Assembly: GCA_013265495.1 (NCBI GenBank)
Contig: MU059256.1
Span: 1,428,805-1,492,804 of the forward strand
Length of the DNA stretch: 64,000 bases
Reading direction: 5' to 3'
Source of the DNA: Vicugna vicugna
Lineage: Eukaryota
In this document: positions 35,331 through 48,569 of the stretch, in pieces
How positions within the stretch are numbered: position 1 is the first letter of the stretch
Layout: each line of letters opens with the position of its first letter
Notes under the pieces: generated by a model
What the model was told of the DNA's origin: nothing
The model's input: only the letters and a program-made list of their open reading frames with translations
Databases searched by the model: none
Translations under genes and position numbers: made by a program

Positions 35331-37069
35331 CGTGCCTTCTCCTCAACCAACCACCATCCTGACGGACCCCCGATTGTGTGTTCTTTGCTCTGGTCCACTC
35401 ACTGGCTGAGGGCTTTGCTCACAGTGTCTCATTGCATGCTCCCAGTGATCTTCAAATGCTAATATCTGTGGAGAATTTTTCCAGTTTCAAAGCACCCTTC
35501 CCCAGTTATGGGCTATCAGTTAATCATCATACTAGCCTTGGAAATAGAAAAATGAGACCCAGAGAGGTGGGGGAACTTGCCCAACATCACATGCAAGAAC
35601 TTGTGCCTGCAAATCCCACCTCTCTTCTGCTGTGGCCCACCTCCTCCCTCCCTTGCCCTCCCTTCCCAGATCCGATGAAGAAGGTCAGTGCCATTTCTCA
35701 GGTGGGCAAAACTAAGGCCCCGGAAATAGAATCGGTTGCACAGCCTCAGAGAAATAGAAACAGCCTCTGTTCTGAAGAATTCCCAGGATCTAGCATTTTT
35801 CTGAGGCTATTTTGTCTTCCCGCCAGTTCCCTTCCAATCATTGGTATTTAAAGATCATCCTCCACCAACAGCCAGCTCCATGCTCCAATCTGCTGTGTTT
35901 CTTATCAGTTCAAGTAACTTGCCTCTCAAGAGGCCTCTGTCCCCAGGCTTGGAGAGCCCAGGAGTGATGAGGAGCAGAGCATGAACTGCTCAGATTGGAG
36001 CCCCGAGGGAAGAGGGCCAGGTAGAGGTGAGTCCCAGTCACTTCCCTGGACCGGCAGACAGTCCCATGTTTCATGGCAGCACCGTGCAGCTGGCTGGCCC
36101 TCAAAGCCCATGGAAGCAGCTCTGGAGTTGAGAGTCCAGCAACTGTCTGTCTAGGAATTCACTAAGTAACAGAGAGAAGGACGTTCCCCTTAACGTCAGC
36201 ACTGCCACGTTTCAGCCAACGCTGGTAACCATAACATCCAGCCAGCAGGGAGGGGAAAGGAGGGAACAGATACGGAGCATCCATGTGTCACAGCCACAAT
36301 ATGATCGCAACGATCTCTCGTGAAACCACCGTAGTTGAAAATTTACAAAAGGAGAAGAAACTGAGGCCTTGGGAAAAGTGACTTGTCTGAAGATCCCATG
36401 GCTGGAGGTGGGCTTGAATCCCAGATCTCCTGGCTCCAAAACCTTTGTGCCCTGCTCAGAAGCCCACCGGTGGGGTGTCAGCATCCCTTGAGGAGTAAGG
36501 ATGAGAAGGGCCTGCTGCTCAGAGTTCCACCCATTTGGCTGCTGAGCTGGCATTGCTCAGGGCTGTGGGGTCCCACTGTGTCCTCATCTGATATTTTGAG
36601 AAAGTAATACGGAACGTCCCTGCGTTCTTTCATAGTCTTGCGTGAAGCTCAGAGGGGACCAGTGACTTGCCCAGAGTGATGGCATCTGGCTCGGCTAAGT
36701 CCTCAGCCTTCCTCCAGAAATGGTCCTTTCTCTCTCCCAGACCATCAGTCTCTCCCAGGCTGCTGGATCACACCTTACAGCAAACAGTCTGTAATTCCTC
36801 CCAGTTAAAAAAACAATAATAATAATGAAAGGTTTTTTTTTTTTTAATCTCTTGATTCTGCCTCCTTTTCTGGTCATGGTCTCACTTATCAGTGCGCCTT
36901 TATAGCCAAGTTCCTCACACTTTACTCTGTGTTTTTTTTCCCCTCTTTTCCCCATTTTCTCTTGAACCCATTTCCCCGGCCACCCCCACGCCATGAAAAC
37001 GGCGCTTTGAACTCTATATGTTTAAATCCTACAGCTCATGTTTGGGTCTCAACATTGACAATCAAAAGC

Positions 37070-38345
37070 ATTTGTCACAGTCAACTGCTTACATCCAATG
37101 CTTTTGAGGCACCTTCTTTGATTGGCTTTTGAAACGTTACGCTCTCTCGACTCTCCTTGTACTGACTGGCCAGTCTCCTGGGTTGATCTTTTCGAACTCT
37201 AAGCCCTGGAGTGTCCTAAAGCCCAGGCATCTTTTCTTCCTCCCCAGGGTATCTTATCCAGTTTCATGACTTTAAATATGACCCATATACTCACAGTTCC
37301 CAAATGTATATCTTCAGCTCAGACAGACATCACCTGACCTCCAGACTCATAAATCCAACTGCCCGTTCAATATCTCCATTCGGAACATCTAACAGACATA
37401 TCAAACTCAGTACGTCCACCTCTAATTCTTATCCCCAGCCCCACAAACTACGCGGAGAAGAATGAAGGAGTCTCTATCTCAGGAAATCGCTATTTAACAC
37501 TTTCGGGTGACTCAGCTCAAAACTTTAGATTCATCTTTCATCCCTCTCTTTTCTCATACTTCTCATTGACTCCGTCAGCAAATAGCTCCACCTTCAGAAA
37601 TATTTCCAGCATTTGATTGCATCTCACCTCCTCCACTGCTCCTCCCAGGGTCCAAGCCACTGTTATCTCCCCTTAGAGGATCTCATTATCTCCTAAGTCT
37701 ATCTTCCCACTGTGTTTCTTGTTCATCCTAGAGTCCACTCCTAATGCAGCAGCCAGAATGATTCTTTAAAAGACAGGACATATCCCGGCACTTAGCTACT
37801 ACAACCTTTTAATGGTTCCTCATCTCATTTACATTGAAAGATAAAGGCTTTGCAAAGATCTGCAAGGTCCTGCAAGGTCCTGCAAGTTCTGCCCCCATTA
37901 CCTCCTGGACCTCATCTCCAGCTCCTCTCTCTCTGGCTTGCTCTACTTCAGCCACACAGGCCAACTTTCTCTGCTTGGAACATGCTAAGCATGGTCCAGC
38001 CTCAGGGCCTTTGCACATGCTGTTTTCTCTGCTGGCAGATTCTTCCCTCAGCCACAAGGCTTACCTCCTGTTTCCCCAGGGGTCTCTGCTCAAATGTCAC
38101 CTTATCAGCCGAGACTTACTTGACCAATCTCCATAAAAGAACAAACATCCCCACCGTAATCATTTGACCTTCTATATATTTACTTATCTACATCTTCATT
38201 ATGTGTCTTCCATCTGTAGAACTTAAATTCCTTAAGGACTGTTTGACTTACTGTTTTGTAACAATAATCTCAGTAGTACCTAAAACATGAGAGACATTTA
38301 ATAATATCTGTTGAATAAATGTGAATGAATAAATAATTAATGAAA
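37070..38345 (+). mobile_element. L2 (RT 3' region through 3' end)
   Basis: YTHSSQMYI (a YADDSQIYI homologue) near 37285; AGGGCCTTTGCACATGCTGTT; tail TTGAATAAATGTGAATGAAT. Confidence 0.8.
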
Positions 38346-38393
38346 GGTCTAGGCTCAGAATTGCCTAAGGAACATTTAAAAAATAGACTTCTT

Positions 38394-38537
38394 CCTTTAA
38401 TATCTTATAATAGCCTATAAGGAAAAAAATATGAAAAGGAATACATATGTATAATTGAATCACTATACTGTACACCAGAAATTAATGCAACATTGTAAAT
38501 ACTTCAATTAAATATTTCAATTTAAAAAAAAAAATAC
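38394..38537 (+). mobile_element. L1 3' end (~144 bp) with A tail and probable TSD
   Basis: GAATCACTATACTGTACACCAGAAATTAATGCAACATTGTAAA; AGACTTCTT at 38385-38393 and 38538-38546. Confidence 0.8.
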
Positions 38538-38609
38538 AGACTTCTTAGAATACGTATTCTTGGACCCAGTAGAGACCTGGCTGAGGCAGAATCTCCCAGG
38601 GTTCCAACC

Positions 38610-38730
38610 TCTCTGGGCTTCAATGTCCTCAACTGTAAAATAGAGGTAATTCCTAGGGGCTGTGGTTCAGAATAAGGAAGATGATGTCTGTATAAAAGTG
38701 CTCAATGCCCTGTCAAGCACACAGAAGGTG
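38610..38730 (+). mobile_element. MIR fragment
   Basis: CCTCAACTGTAAAATAGAGG...AAAGTGCTCAATGCC. Confidence 0.65.
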
Positions 38731-38802
38731 CTTAACCATCCAGAGACTCTTCCTCTATCTGTAAAAGATTGGCTCAGGGTCGCCTGGAGGAGCAGGAGCC
38801 CT

Positions 38803-38832
38803 GGGACCGGGACCGGGACCGGGACCAGGACC
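38803..38832. repeat. (GGGACC)4 + AGGACC hexamer repeat
   Basis: Direct reading. Confidence 0.95.
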
Positions 38833-41344
38833 CTGTTCCCTGGACTCTCGGTCTGCGGCTCTGCTCACGGGCCCACGCGATGGCACACTGCATCTGCCGG
38901 GGTGCTGCAGAAGCGCCTTGTCACCCCCCACCCTCCCTTCCCCCTAGCATCTAAAATGTTATTCTTCTGCATTGTGGGCCAATTCTACCGCACGCCATGT
39001 GGATCCCATTTCAAATCAGTGCCCCGGGACCTAGGGACAGATGTTCCCTTTCCCCAAGTTCCCTTTTTGCCATGGACTAGACTTGTTCCCAGTCAGTGCT
39101 CCTTAGCTGCACCCTTGAAGCGTCAGAACCACTTCCTGCCCGCTGCTCCTGAGCCCACTCCCACCCCACCCCTGCCTGGGGCACCAGTGCTCCTGGAGCA
39201 CCACTGATGGAGACGGCCCCCAGACCCTCAACTGAGTATGAAATGAGGTTCAGAGAGAAGTTCAGAGAGAGTAGAGGGAAACTGTCCTTCAACAGAATAC
39301 AGACCCAGAAGCCCCGCTGCACTTATCCCATAGCACCAGCCGCCTGCTCTCCCCCACAACACCGGCATGACTTGCTATGGCCACGCCGCACATTCAGCCC
39401 TGCTACAGTTCTCTGGAACATGCATACTCCAGGCAGGGCGTATTTGAACTGGCTCAGCCCCTACCCCCTCCCATCTGGTTTAGCTTCAGCTTCAAGAGAA
39501 GGCAGAGAGGCTCAGCTTAGAGCTGTGGGAGAATTCTTCCCATGGGTGTTTTGCCAGATCTCATTTCCCCTGGGGCTCCGCCTACTGTCTGGGACCTGCA
39601 TGCTCCAGCAGTATGACCACCCTCTCCGCCTCCCTCCTGCACTTCCACCTGGGAGAACACCGAGATCTCCTCCCAGGTCCGCCCTCCTCCCCAGCATCCG
39701 CTCCCACCCCCCTGCTCAAATAAAAACACACAGTCACTTTAGCTCTCTCTTTTCAATTTCTGATTCATTTCAGAGGCTCTGAAGCCAATCTTCGCAGGGT
39801 CCTACAGCACAGTCTGAGGATTAGAGCCTCACCAGACCTCATTCTCACGAAGAGGAAACATGCTCGGGTTTGAAATTTGCTTTTCCCTACCATTTATGTT
39901 CACTTTCTCCCCGTCAAAAATCAATCCTAAAGTGTATTTGTAGTTTGCAAGTGCTTTTCACACCCATCACATCATTTGATTCCCTCCACTGCCCCCAATG
40001 AACTCAGGATGATGCCCATTTTAACAGGTACCAAAGTGCAGGGAAAGTAAATAACACAGTATGTCATATGGATGAGTAAGCGGCAGGGTCAAGATGTGTA
40101 AACCGAGTGTCAGGGGGGAAGGGAAGGGTTTAATAAGATTGCCATCAGGCCTGAAAAAGGCCGACTAGTGTTTTGCTGAATTTTTTTAGTCATTTGCTGT
40201 GCTGTGTAGTGTGGCCTCTTCCTATGACTCTCCTGCTTTGAGCAATGCTTGTGTTCTGCTTGCATGTGCGCACTTGCACACATACATCCACAGACACACA
40301 CACAGCCAGGGACCTGACCAAGTAGCAGGGTCCTAAACAGCAGAGCTGGAAGGCTTTCTTCCCCAAGTCCTGCTTTTCTAGACCACCAGGCAGTGCTCAA
40401 GAGAGGATCCCAGCAGGGATTCTGGGAATCAGCCAGTTCCTGGAGATGGATTTCCCAGCCCTCATCACAGGATCTACTGTGTACTTTCTGAGCTTCACTC
40501 CAACTGGGAGCCTGGAATCCCTCACACCCCTCCCTCCAATCTGCTTTCAGAGATGGTTGGGGTCTTTGCATAGCACTGCCCGACCTTAGTTTTGATAGCT
40601 AAGGAACGAGAGCTCCCTTCCCCCTCCAGCCTCCAGCCGGCAGGAGAGCTGTCCTTCATGGATGCCGTGCACTGCCATTTCCACCTCCCCCAATGTTGAC
40701 TCTCTGTCATCAGGATCCACGCATTCCAGGCTAATTTGTCGGCAAGCCGAGTGTGGCGGGCATGCCTAGCTGCTCATTTGGCCGGTGCTGCCAGGCTGCC
40801 CTTCTGAAGGTTTTGTTCTTTGGCAGAAAAGGCAATTATGGAGCATCGTGGGTGGGAGAATATGCTGAAATTCTGCTCACTCCAGTCTAGGAGTTTGGTC
40901 CAGACCAGGTCTGCCTGCATGGTGGGCTTCCTTTTTGCTCCCTGGAGGTTGCAGGGACTGAGCCTCCCATCAGCCGTCCCCCGGGTGAATGGGGTGTCCT
41001 GGGGGATGCTGTCTCGCCTTGCTTGTGCCATACGCAGCAGCTGGAAACGGTCCTCTTCTCATTAGCATTGGTGGGGCATCATTTCTGGCCCCGTGTGCCC
41101 TCAAGACCTTGGTATGAGGAATCTAGACCTTCTTGGGAGACAGCGCTGCAGAAATCTGATTAATTCAGTCGGAATGCAGTTCATGGGGTCGAAAGCAAGG
41201 GAATCTGGGGACCATCGGGTACATTTTCATGATGCTCAAGTACGCCCATGTGCCTTGTGCCTAATAATGTCTTTCCAAGATGGATCATAGAAGAGACGTA
41301 AAATCAATAAAACAGCAATAGCTGTAATTGTGCTCTAATGGAAG

Positions 41345-41560
41345 GAACACTGGCTTCAGCGCCAGGCACCTCTGGGCTGGAATGTCAGGTCTACCTCTTA
41401 CTCGCTGTGTGATCTTGGGCACGTTATGTGGCCCCTCTGCCCTCTTTCCTCAGCTGTAACATCGGGTGATGATTCCTACAGTGCAGGGCTGTTGTAAGGA
41501 ATGAGTGTCACAAAACATGTGGAGCATCCAGCACATGCCTAGCACAGGCTCAGTGTTCAA
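41345..41560 (+). mobile_element. MIR SINE
   Basis: CTTACTCGCTGTGTGATCTTGGGCAC...CCTAGCACAGGCTCAG. Confidence 0.8.
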
Positions 41561-41574
41561 TTAAAGTGGCATCC

Positions 41575-41740
41575 TGTGTATTATGACACTTGATCCCCAC
41601 GACAGCCCTGAGAAGAGAAAAGGCAGGCTGGAGTTTCTCCCACTGACCAAAAAAAAAAAAAAAAAAAAAAGGAAGCCTCAAGGAGGCAAAGGGACTTGTC
41701 TGCGGTCGCACAGAGCAAGTAAGAGAAATACGAGGACTTG
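41575..41740 (-). mobile_element. MIR SINE containing a long poly(A) run
   Basis: CCCCACGACAGCCCTGAG...GACTTGTCTGCGGTCGCACAG. Confidence 0.6.
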
Positions 41741-42188
41741 ACATTGTCTAATTCCTACCTCTGGATTTTTTCCAGTTAGGTGACTCAGGCTCGTCCATCA
41801 TCTTCCCAAAGCATCTAGCTCATTTGCAAAGTGGATTCAGGTACCAGAGACATCTTCTGCTTTGAATACTTCCTGACCCTCCACGCATCAGGTCCTCTAC
41901 TCCTAAGAAAGGTAGGGTCTGCAGCAAGGTCCTGCCAACCCTCTTAGAAACCTCAGCCATTTGGGATCTTTAGCTGAGACACTTACTGGCCTTTGATGTT
42001 TTTGTTCCCTGGGGTCTTTTTGTATTTACGCCAGTGTTTTACTAGAAAGATGGTGGTCTTCTTTGGGAGGCAGAGGGTCTTTATCATCCTCGTGTCCAGT
42101 CTCTTTTTCTTCATCCTGAAAACCCTAAGGTTGTGTTTCGATAGTGTAAATCTAGGTGAGTGTTACTTGAGAAGATGAGGATCACCGG

Positions 42189-44290
42189 TGTTACAGACAG
42201 GATGTTTGTGTCCTCCTCCCCAGATTCGTATGTTGAAGTCCTACTTTGATGGTATTTGAAAGGGAGGTCCTTGGGGGAAATGAAGTTTAGATGAGGTCAT
42301 TAAGGAGGGTTTCGTGTTCTTGTTAGAGAAAGAGACCAGAACGNNNNNNNNNNNNNNNNNNNNNNNNNNNNNNNNNNNNNNNNNNNNNNNNNNNNNNNNN
42401 NNNNNNNNNNNNNNNNNNNNNNNNNNNNNNNNNNNNNNNNNNNNNNNNNNNNNNNNNNNNNNNNNNNNNNNNNNNNNNNNNNNNNNNNNNNNNNNNNTTA
42501 TAGCAACCCAAGCTGGCTAAGATAGAAACTGGTACCAAGGAGTGGGGTGCTGTTGTAACAGACAGCTCAGAATATTGAAGCGGCTTTGGGACTGGGTAAC
42601 AGGTAGAGGTGGGAAGAGTTTTGAGGTGCACTCTCGAAAGAAAAAGCCAAGACTGCGGTGAAGGGGCTTTTAAAGGTGATTCTGGTGAGGGTTCAGAAAG
42701 GAAAAAGGAGCACTGTAGAGAAAGCTTCCACCTTCTTAGAGAACACACCAATAATCATAAGCAGAATATTGGTAGAAATGTGGATAGGAAAGGCCATTCT
42801 GGCGAGGTCTTACATGTGAGGAACAGGCTACTGGACAACGGAGAGAAGGTGATCTTTGTTACAGAGTGGCAAAGCACTTGGCTGAGCTATGCACATATTC
42901 TGGTGTTTGTGGAAGGTAGATCTTCCTCACAGGCTATGAAATTGGATACTTAGCTGAGGATATTTCTAAGCAGAGTATTGCAGGAGTGGCTTGGTTCCTT
43001 CTTACTGTTTATAGTAAAATGTGAGAAGAGAAAAACGAATTGAAGAATGAATTTTTAAACAAAAAGGAACCCGAACTTAAAGATTTGGAAAATTCTCAGC
43101 CTATCCATATTGCAAAAAAAGAGAGAGACAGAGAAATTAAGGTTGTGTTCAAACAACTATTTGATAAGAAGATTAGTGTGGGTGTAAACCAAGAATTTAA
43201 TCAGCCACCTCAGTAGAAGCACTACTAGGTCTAACTGAAGGGGATGGAGATGAGATGAAATGAAGGAAGGCTGTCTGACTTCTCAGATCTTACAGGACTG
43301 GTCCATAGAGCTATTCGGCTGCTAATGTGTATTATTCTTCACGATGAGGAAAGAATGATCCTTCAAGTTCATTCAGAGATCATCAGGGCTGCCTCCTCAG
43401 TTTCCAATAGGGGTTGGTTAGTGAGGGGAGGGTCTTGCCTTGCTTTCAGTATACCAAACTGGCTGCCAGGGTCTTGAGAGCGGGAACCCCATCCTCAGAT
43501 CTTGGTGTGTAATCCCAACCGAATCCCAGCCTGGCAGAGCCACAGAGGGTTAGACCACCATCCCAGTGGGTCTAGAAAGCAGGACCCACTGCCCTAATGG
43601 ATCTGGAAGGCAGAGCATTGAACTTAAGATTTAATGGTATTTGCCTTGCTATGTTTTGAACTTGCTTGGACCCGTCACCTCCTTTCTCCTCCCTGATTTA
43701 TCACTTTTGGAATGAGAATGTCTATCCTATGCCTGCCCACCATTGTATTTTGGAAGCACATGGCTTATCAGATTTCACACATTCATAGCTGGGGAGGAAT
43801 TTTACCTCGGGATGAAAGGAACACTCAGGTGATAGGTAGATTAGACGTTAGAGTTGATGCTGGAATGAGTTAAGACTTTTAAGGCTGTTGAGATGGAATG
43901 AATGCATTTTGCACGTGAGAAGGACATGAATACTGGGAAGTCAGAGGCAGAATGTTATGGGCTGAATGTGTTCCCCCAAAATTCATGCACTACCCAATCC
44001 CCTAATGTGCTTGAAGACAAGGCCTTTGGGAGGGGTATGTAGCTTAGACAAAGTCATAAATGTGGAGCCTCCATGATGGGATTAGTGTCCTTGTAGAAAG
44101 AGGCAGTGACCAGAAATTACTCTCTGTCATGTGAAGATACAGCAAGAAGGAAGCTGTCTGCAAGCCAGGAAGAGAGCTCTCATCAGGAACCAAATCAGCC
44201 AGAATATTGATCTGAGCCTTTCCAGCCTCCAGAACTATGAGAGATAAATGTTGTTTATTTACATAGACCACCCGTCTATGATATTTGCCT
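42189..44290 (+). mobile_element. MaLR (MLT1A-like) element: 5' LTR 42189-42524, internal 42525-43953, 3' LTR 43954-~44290
   Basis: LTRs start TGTTACAGAC and TGTTATGGGCTGAATG. MaLR PBS-like TGGTACCAAGGAGTGGGGTGCTG at 42530; purine run AGTCAGAGGCAGAA before the 3' LTR. Confidence 0.85.
42344..42497. other. Assembly gap (154 N)
   Basis: N run. Confidence 1.
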
Positions 44291-44629
44291 TCCCAGACTG
44301 TCCAGTGCCTGGTAGCCAGGCCCCTACCCAAGACCTCCTGTGGAAAGTTTGTGCCATGACAGAGGATCCCGAGCTAAGATGGAGGAAAGAGAGGGCAGAA
44401 GAAGAAACCAGGAGAAGTGCAAGCAGAAGTTCTATCACTAGTGAGGAAAGGTAAAGACGGTGGCCAAAAAAGCAATATCCAAATAAAGGTGCAAGATGAA
44501 ACCTTAAATGAGGGAGGAATATGAAGGTGAAAGGGGCAAAGGGTTAATAGGAGGATGGAATGTAGGCAGTGATGGAGGTTAAGACAAGCATCTCAGACCC
44601 ACGGCTGTGAGAAGCACTCTCCTTATTTG

Positions 44630-45200
44630 CTCTGATTATCTAATGCTGCATAACAAATTGCCCCAAATCCTAGTGGACATAAAACAATCTTTTATTATGC
44701 TTTTGGATTTGGAAGGTTGGGAATTCAAACAGGGCACGGCAGTACAGGCTTGTCTCTGATCCTTGGTATCTGGGCCATCAGTTGGAAGCCTACAGGACTT
44801 TAGAATCATCTGAAGGTTCATTCACTGTGGTTGATGCCGAGAAGACTGAATCAGCTGGCATCTGGGGCTCTGTGGTCACCTCTTTCTGTGTCTGTGTGAC
44901 CTCTCAGTGCTGTCTCTCCAACATGGCAGCTTTCAGGTAGCCAGACTTCTTACATGTCAGCTCAGGGCCCCCAGAGTGCATGTTGACCTCAGGTGGAAAC
45001 CATATCACTTTTTGTAACCTCGGCTCAATGCTCTACCACCATGTTCTACTAATCAAGGCAGTTACAAAGGTCCACCAGGTTCAAGAGGAGGGAACATAGA
45101 GGTCACTCCTTCACGGAGGAGACCCAACTGCACACTGTAAGAAGAGCATCTGGAATAGGATACATATCCATGAGGCCATCTCAGAGGATCAATTCAGCCA
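44630..45200 (-). mobile_element. MaLR solo LTR (MLT1F-like)
   Basis: ATCTAATGCTGCATAACAAATTGCCCCAAA...AACATGGCAGCT...CTTCTTACATG. Confidence 0.75.
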
Positions 45201-46469
45201 CTCGGTTTGAGGTTCCTTCTCTTTGGTACCTTCTTATGCTGCAGTGGTCAATTTGGGTGGAAACATAAAAGCACAGGCACTGAGTCTCCCTTTGAAGGGT
45301 TGGGGCTAGAGAAGAGAATACCCAGTGTTTAGACAAAGGGGGTGCTTGGCCTATTCCTTTAGAGAAGAATGAAGCAGTTTCCAGGGGCCTTCCTGCAGTG
45401 GACAGGAGTTCTGCAGTCTTCCATCTCAGCTATGTTATTGTTTTGTTTTTTGGTGATTGTTAGCAATGCCAGCAATGTGCATCTTTGTCAGCTTCCCTTT
45501 GTTTTTGGTAAAGATCTTTCTGAAAACAGCCCATGTCAGTGATGCTGAGGGAAACCAAAGGAAGGTTCTGATTGTGCTCACAGCTGAGTCAGAGAGAAGG
45601 GGGAGCAGGTCCCCCTGATGACAGACACGAAGGAGAGCAGGTCTCAGCATAAGCCCCCCGCAAGGAGGCAACGTCAGGGCAGCAAAGGTGCAGTTGCTCC
45701 TCCCACCCTAACTCTCTCTGGACAGCTTTTCCCAGTTCAACCCTGGAGCAGGCTGTATTTTGTTTCAGGGAGATTCTTTTACTGAGAGAGGCAGTGGGAG
45801 GATCAGAGTGTGAGCACCTCAAGGGAGAAGTGAAATACCGGAGGCGTAGTGCCACAGGCATTTGAGTGAATGTCTTCCTCATACCAGCATATTTCTCAAG
45901 GGACTTGGTAGAGTTTATCCTGTTTATTATATACTTCTGCTCTCTGTATGTCTTCTCCACCCTGCCCTTCACACCCACCTTTGAGCCTCTGTCATCCTTG
46001 CTGCTCAACAGACCTTCCGAGAAATGTAGCTCCAAATACGCAGAGTTCCCTGATGGAAACCCCAGCATGAAGGAACATACCAACTCACTATGAAACAACA
46101 AAAGATCTCTCTTCACACCTCATTACATGCAAAGATGCTAAATCAGAAAAGGCCTGGTGGAAACCCTATGGCCATCTGAGTTCTAACATTTCCCATAGCC
46201 CCCAGCACACAAGATATGCACGATGTTTGCTAAATTGCATAAGCACAGGGAATGCTCAGTCCATAAAACATTGGAAATGAATGTATTTGCCACCCACGGC
46301 ATTTCCCACCCAACAAAGTATACTAATTGCAAATATTTCTCATTATTATTCATTAACGGGGTATACAAGGTTCTCAAGGACTTACATCCCAATTTCATTC
46401 TTATCCTGTGCTGATAGAAATACTATCGTTGGACCTTGAAAGTCATATTCTATTTTTTGTCATCCATTT

Positions 46470-46930
46470 ATTCACTCAGAAAGATATTCATTGATTATTG
46501 CCCTGTGCTTGGCCCTGCAGATAAACAGATAACAGTCCTTGCCCTCAAGGAACTCATGTTCTCAGTGGAAAGGCAATGAAACAAGAGACATTTAATGGCT
46601 ATTATCAGATGGAATACTGGGCACCATGGAAGCATATGATAGGATCCCTGATCTAGATTTTAGGGAGGAGGAATCAAAGACAGCTTCCTGGAGGTTATGC
46701 TGAGTTTTGAGTCGTGAATAAGAGTTGACCAGGAGAATACAAAATGAGAAGGGAGGGGAGCACATGTGTAGATACCAAGGCGTGGAAGAGTATGGTACCT
46801 TCAAGAAACTGAGAAGAGCTTAGAGTAGCGGGAGAGGATGTGAGGGAGGGAATGCAATGGGAAGGAGATGAGACTTGGAAAGAAAGGGCGAAGAGCCTTA
46901 AATGCTGTACTGAAGAGTCTAGTCTTTCTC
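46470..46930 (-). mobile_element. L2 3' region
   Basis: CCTTGCCCTCAAGGAACTCATG...CTTCCTGGAGG...TGAGAAGG. Confidence 0.75.
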
Positions 46931-47669
46931 CAGAATTATACAGTCATGAAATTAGCTTAACACTTGGGATTTCATTCAGATAAAGTCAGCGAGTTGACAG
47001 TCACTAAAATAATCTTGATGAGTAAGTGATGAGAAACTTGTTCTTCAAGTCAAGAGCAGGGCTCAGCTGCTGGCCTTTGACATCTCCCATACTATCATAG
47101 GAGGGTCGGTGAGCAGGAAGCTGAGAGTTTCTGCTCTTGGATCATCCTTGCCAAGCTAGTGGTTGACCCTGACCTCTGGCCCCTGCTGCCTGTTCCAACC
47201 TGCCTTAGATCACCAACCTGAACTTGACCTGTGGTCTCTCTGCTTACTCTTTCCTGCTCAGCTGCACAGTTGTTTGAGGTCCCTCTAGGTGATACGTACC
47301 ATGTCACTACCATGTTTCCAAGATTCAGGTGTAATTAAACTTTGAATCAATACTATTGTTTTTCCTTCCCATTCTAACCTCAGCTACTATACTCACTATC
47401 TGTTGACTGCTGATTGGATATCTTGGAATTATGGGCAATTAGAGATAAAAAAGGATCACCATACTCAAACCTCTTGTTGCCAGGGAGGCAAAATGACTTC
47501 CCCAGGAATAAAGATTCATTTGAGGCATCTCATGGCTGTCCTCTTGATAGAAGGAACTGACAGACTGGTTAACATAGCGGAAACACAGACACCCAAGACT
47601 TGAGCTTGTGAAATTTTTTTTGGACAGCTCCCCAGGACTCTGTAATGGAGTCAATCTTGTAAAGTGAGA

Positions 47670-48250
47670 CTCATTCATTCATTCATTCATTCAACAAACA
47701 CTACCTGAGTACCTGCTCGGTGTCAGGCTTCACAGGAGACACGAGGGAGCCAACAGAAAACAAGACCCCATTCCCACACGAGGAGCCTGTATCCTAGTGA
47801 AAGAGGCAGATAAGAAACAATAATTATGCAGTGTGAAAAGAGTTTCCATAGGGAGAAGCACTAAGTTCTAAGAGAGCCCAGAGGTGACCTCTGAGTGTCA
47901 GGGAGATACCCACACTATATCTTGAACATGAGTGGGAATTAGGACAAGTGGTGTGAACAAAAGTGGAGCGATCAGTATGTACAAAGTTGGTGACTCCCAA
48001 GGATGTTCAAGAAACAGTTTCTTGAAGCAGAGAAATGATGACCAAAGAGGCTGGTGTGATGCTGCAGTGAGGAAGGGCCTTGTATCCATGCTAAGAGGGA
48101 AGGATATGGGTTCTAGGAAGATAAGACTAGATATTTGACTGGGGAGTTGGGCTGGAGTCAGAATAATGTGTAGAAGGGCTGTTGCAGTATTCAGACACTA
48201 AAATGAAAGCATCTTTATGGCTAAGCCACGGACTGTTTTCTGAAAACTGA
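47670..48250 (-). mobile_element. L2 3' region
   Basis: (TTCA)n-ACAAACACTACCTGAGTACCTGCTC. Confidence 0.7.
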
Positions 48251-48569
48251 CAACATTACTTCTGTATAGACACCAAGAAAAATTAGTGAGATTGTAGGAT
48301 TTGGTCTGGGAGTCTCATTTTGATCCATTTTTTGAATTATCAAAAAGGTTATGTCATTTCTGTAAACAAAGCAGAGAATCATCGATCATTAAGTCCAATC
48401 CCTCATTTATCAGAATGGAAAACTGAGGCCCAGAGAGAAGTGACTTGGCCAAGATCACCCAGTTATGGTAACTGGTCTCTAAATAGCCCTTCTGACTTAC
48501 ATCAGAGAATCAATATGGTGCCACAGAAAAAGCACTGGACTGTGAGTTCCAGTTCAAACTCTTCCCCAT

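Noticed and set aside
38662-39782. Two consecutive long ORFs (181 aa and 191 aa) joined by a TGATG stop-start overlap
   Set aside because: No recognisable domain. The first starts inside a MIR and crosses the GGGACC repeat. ORFs of this size are expected in GC-rich mammalian DNA, and operon-style coupling has no support here.
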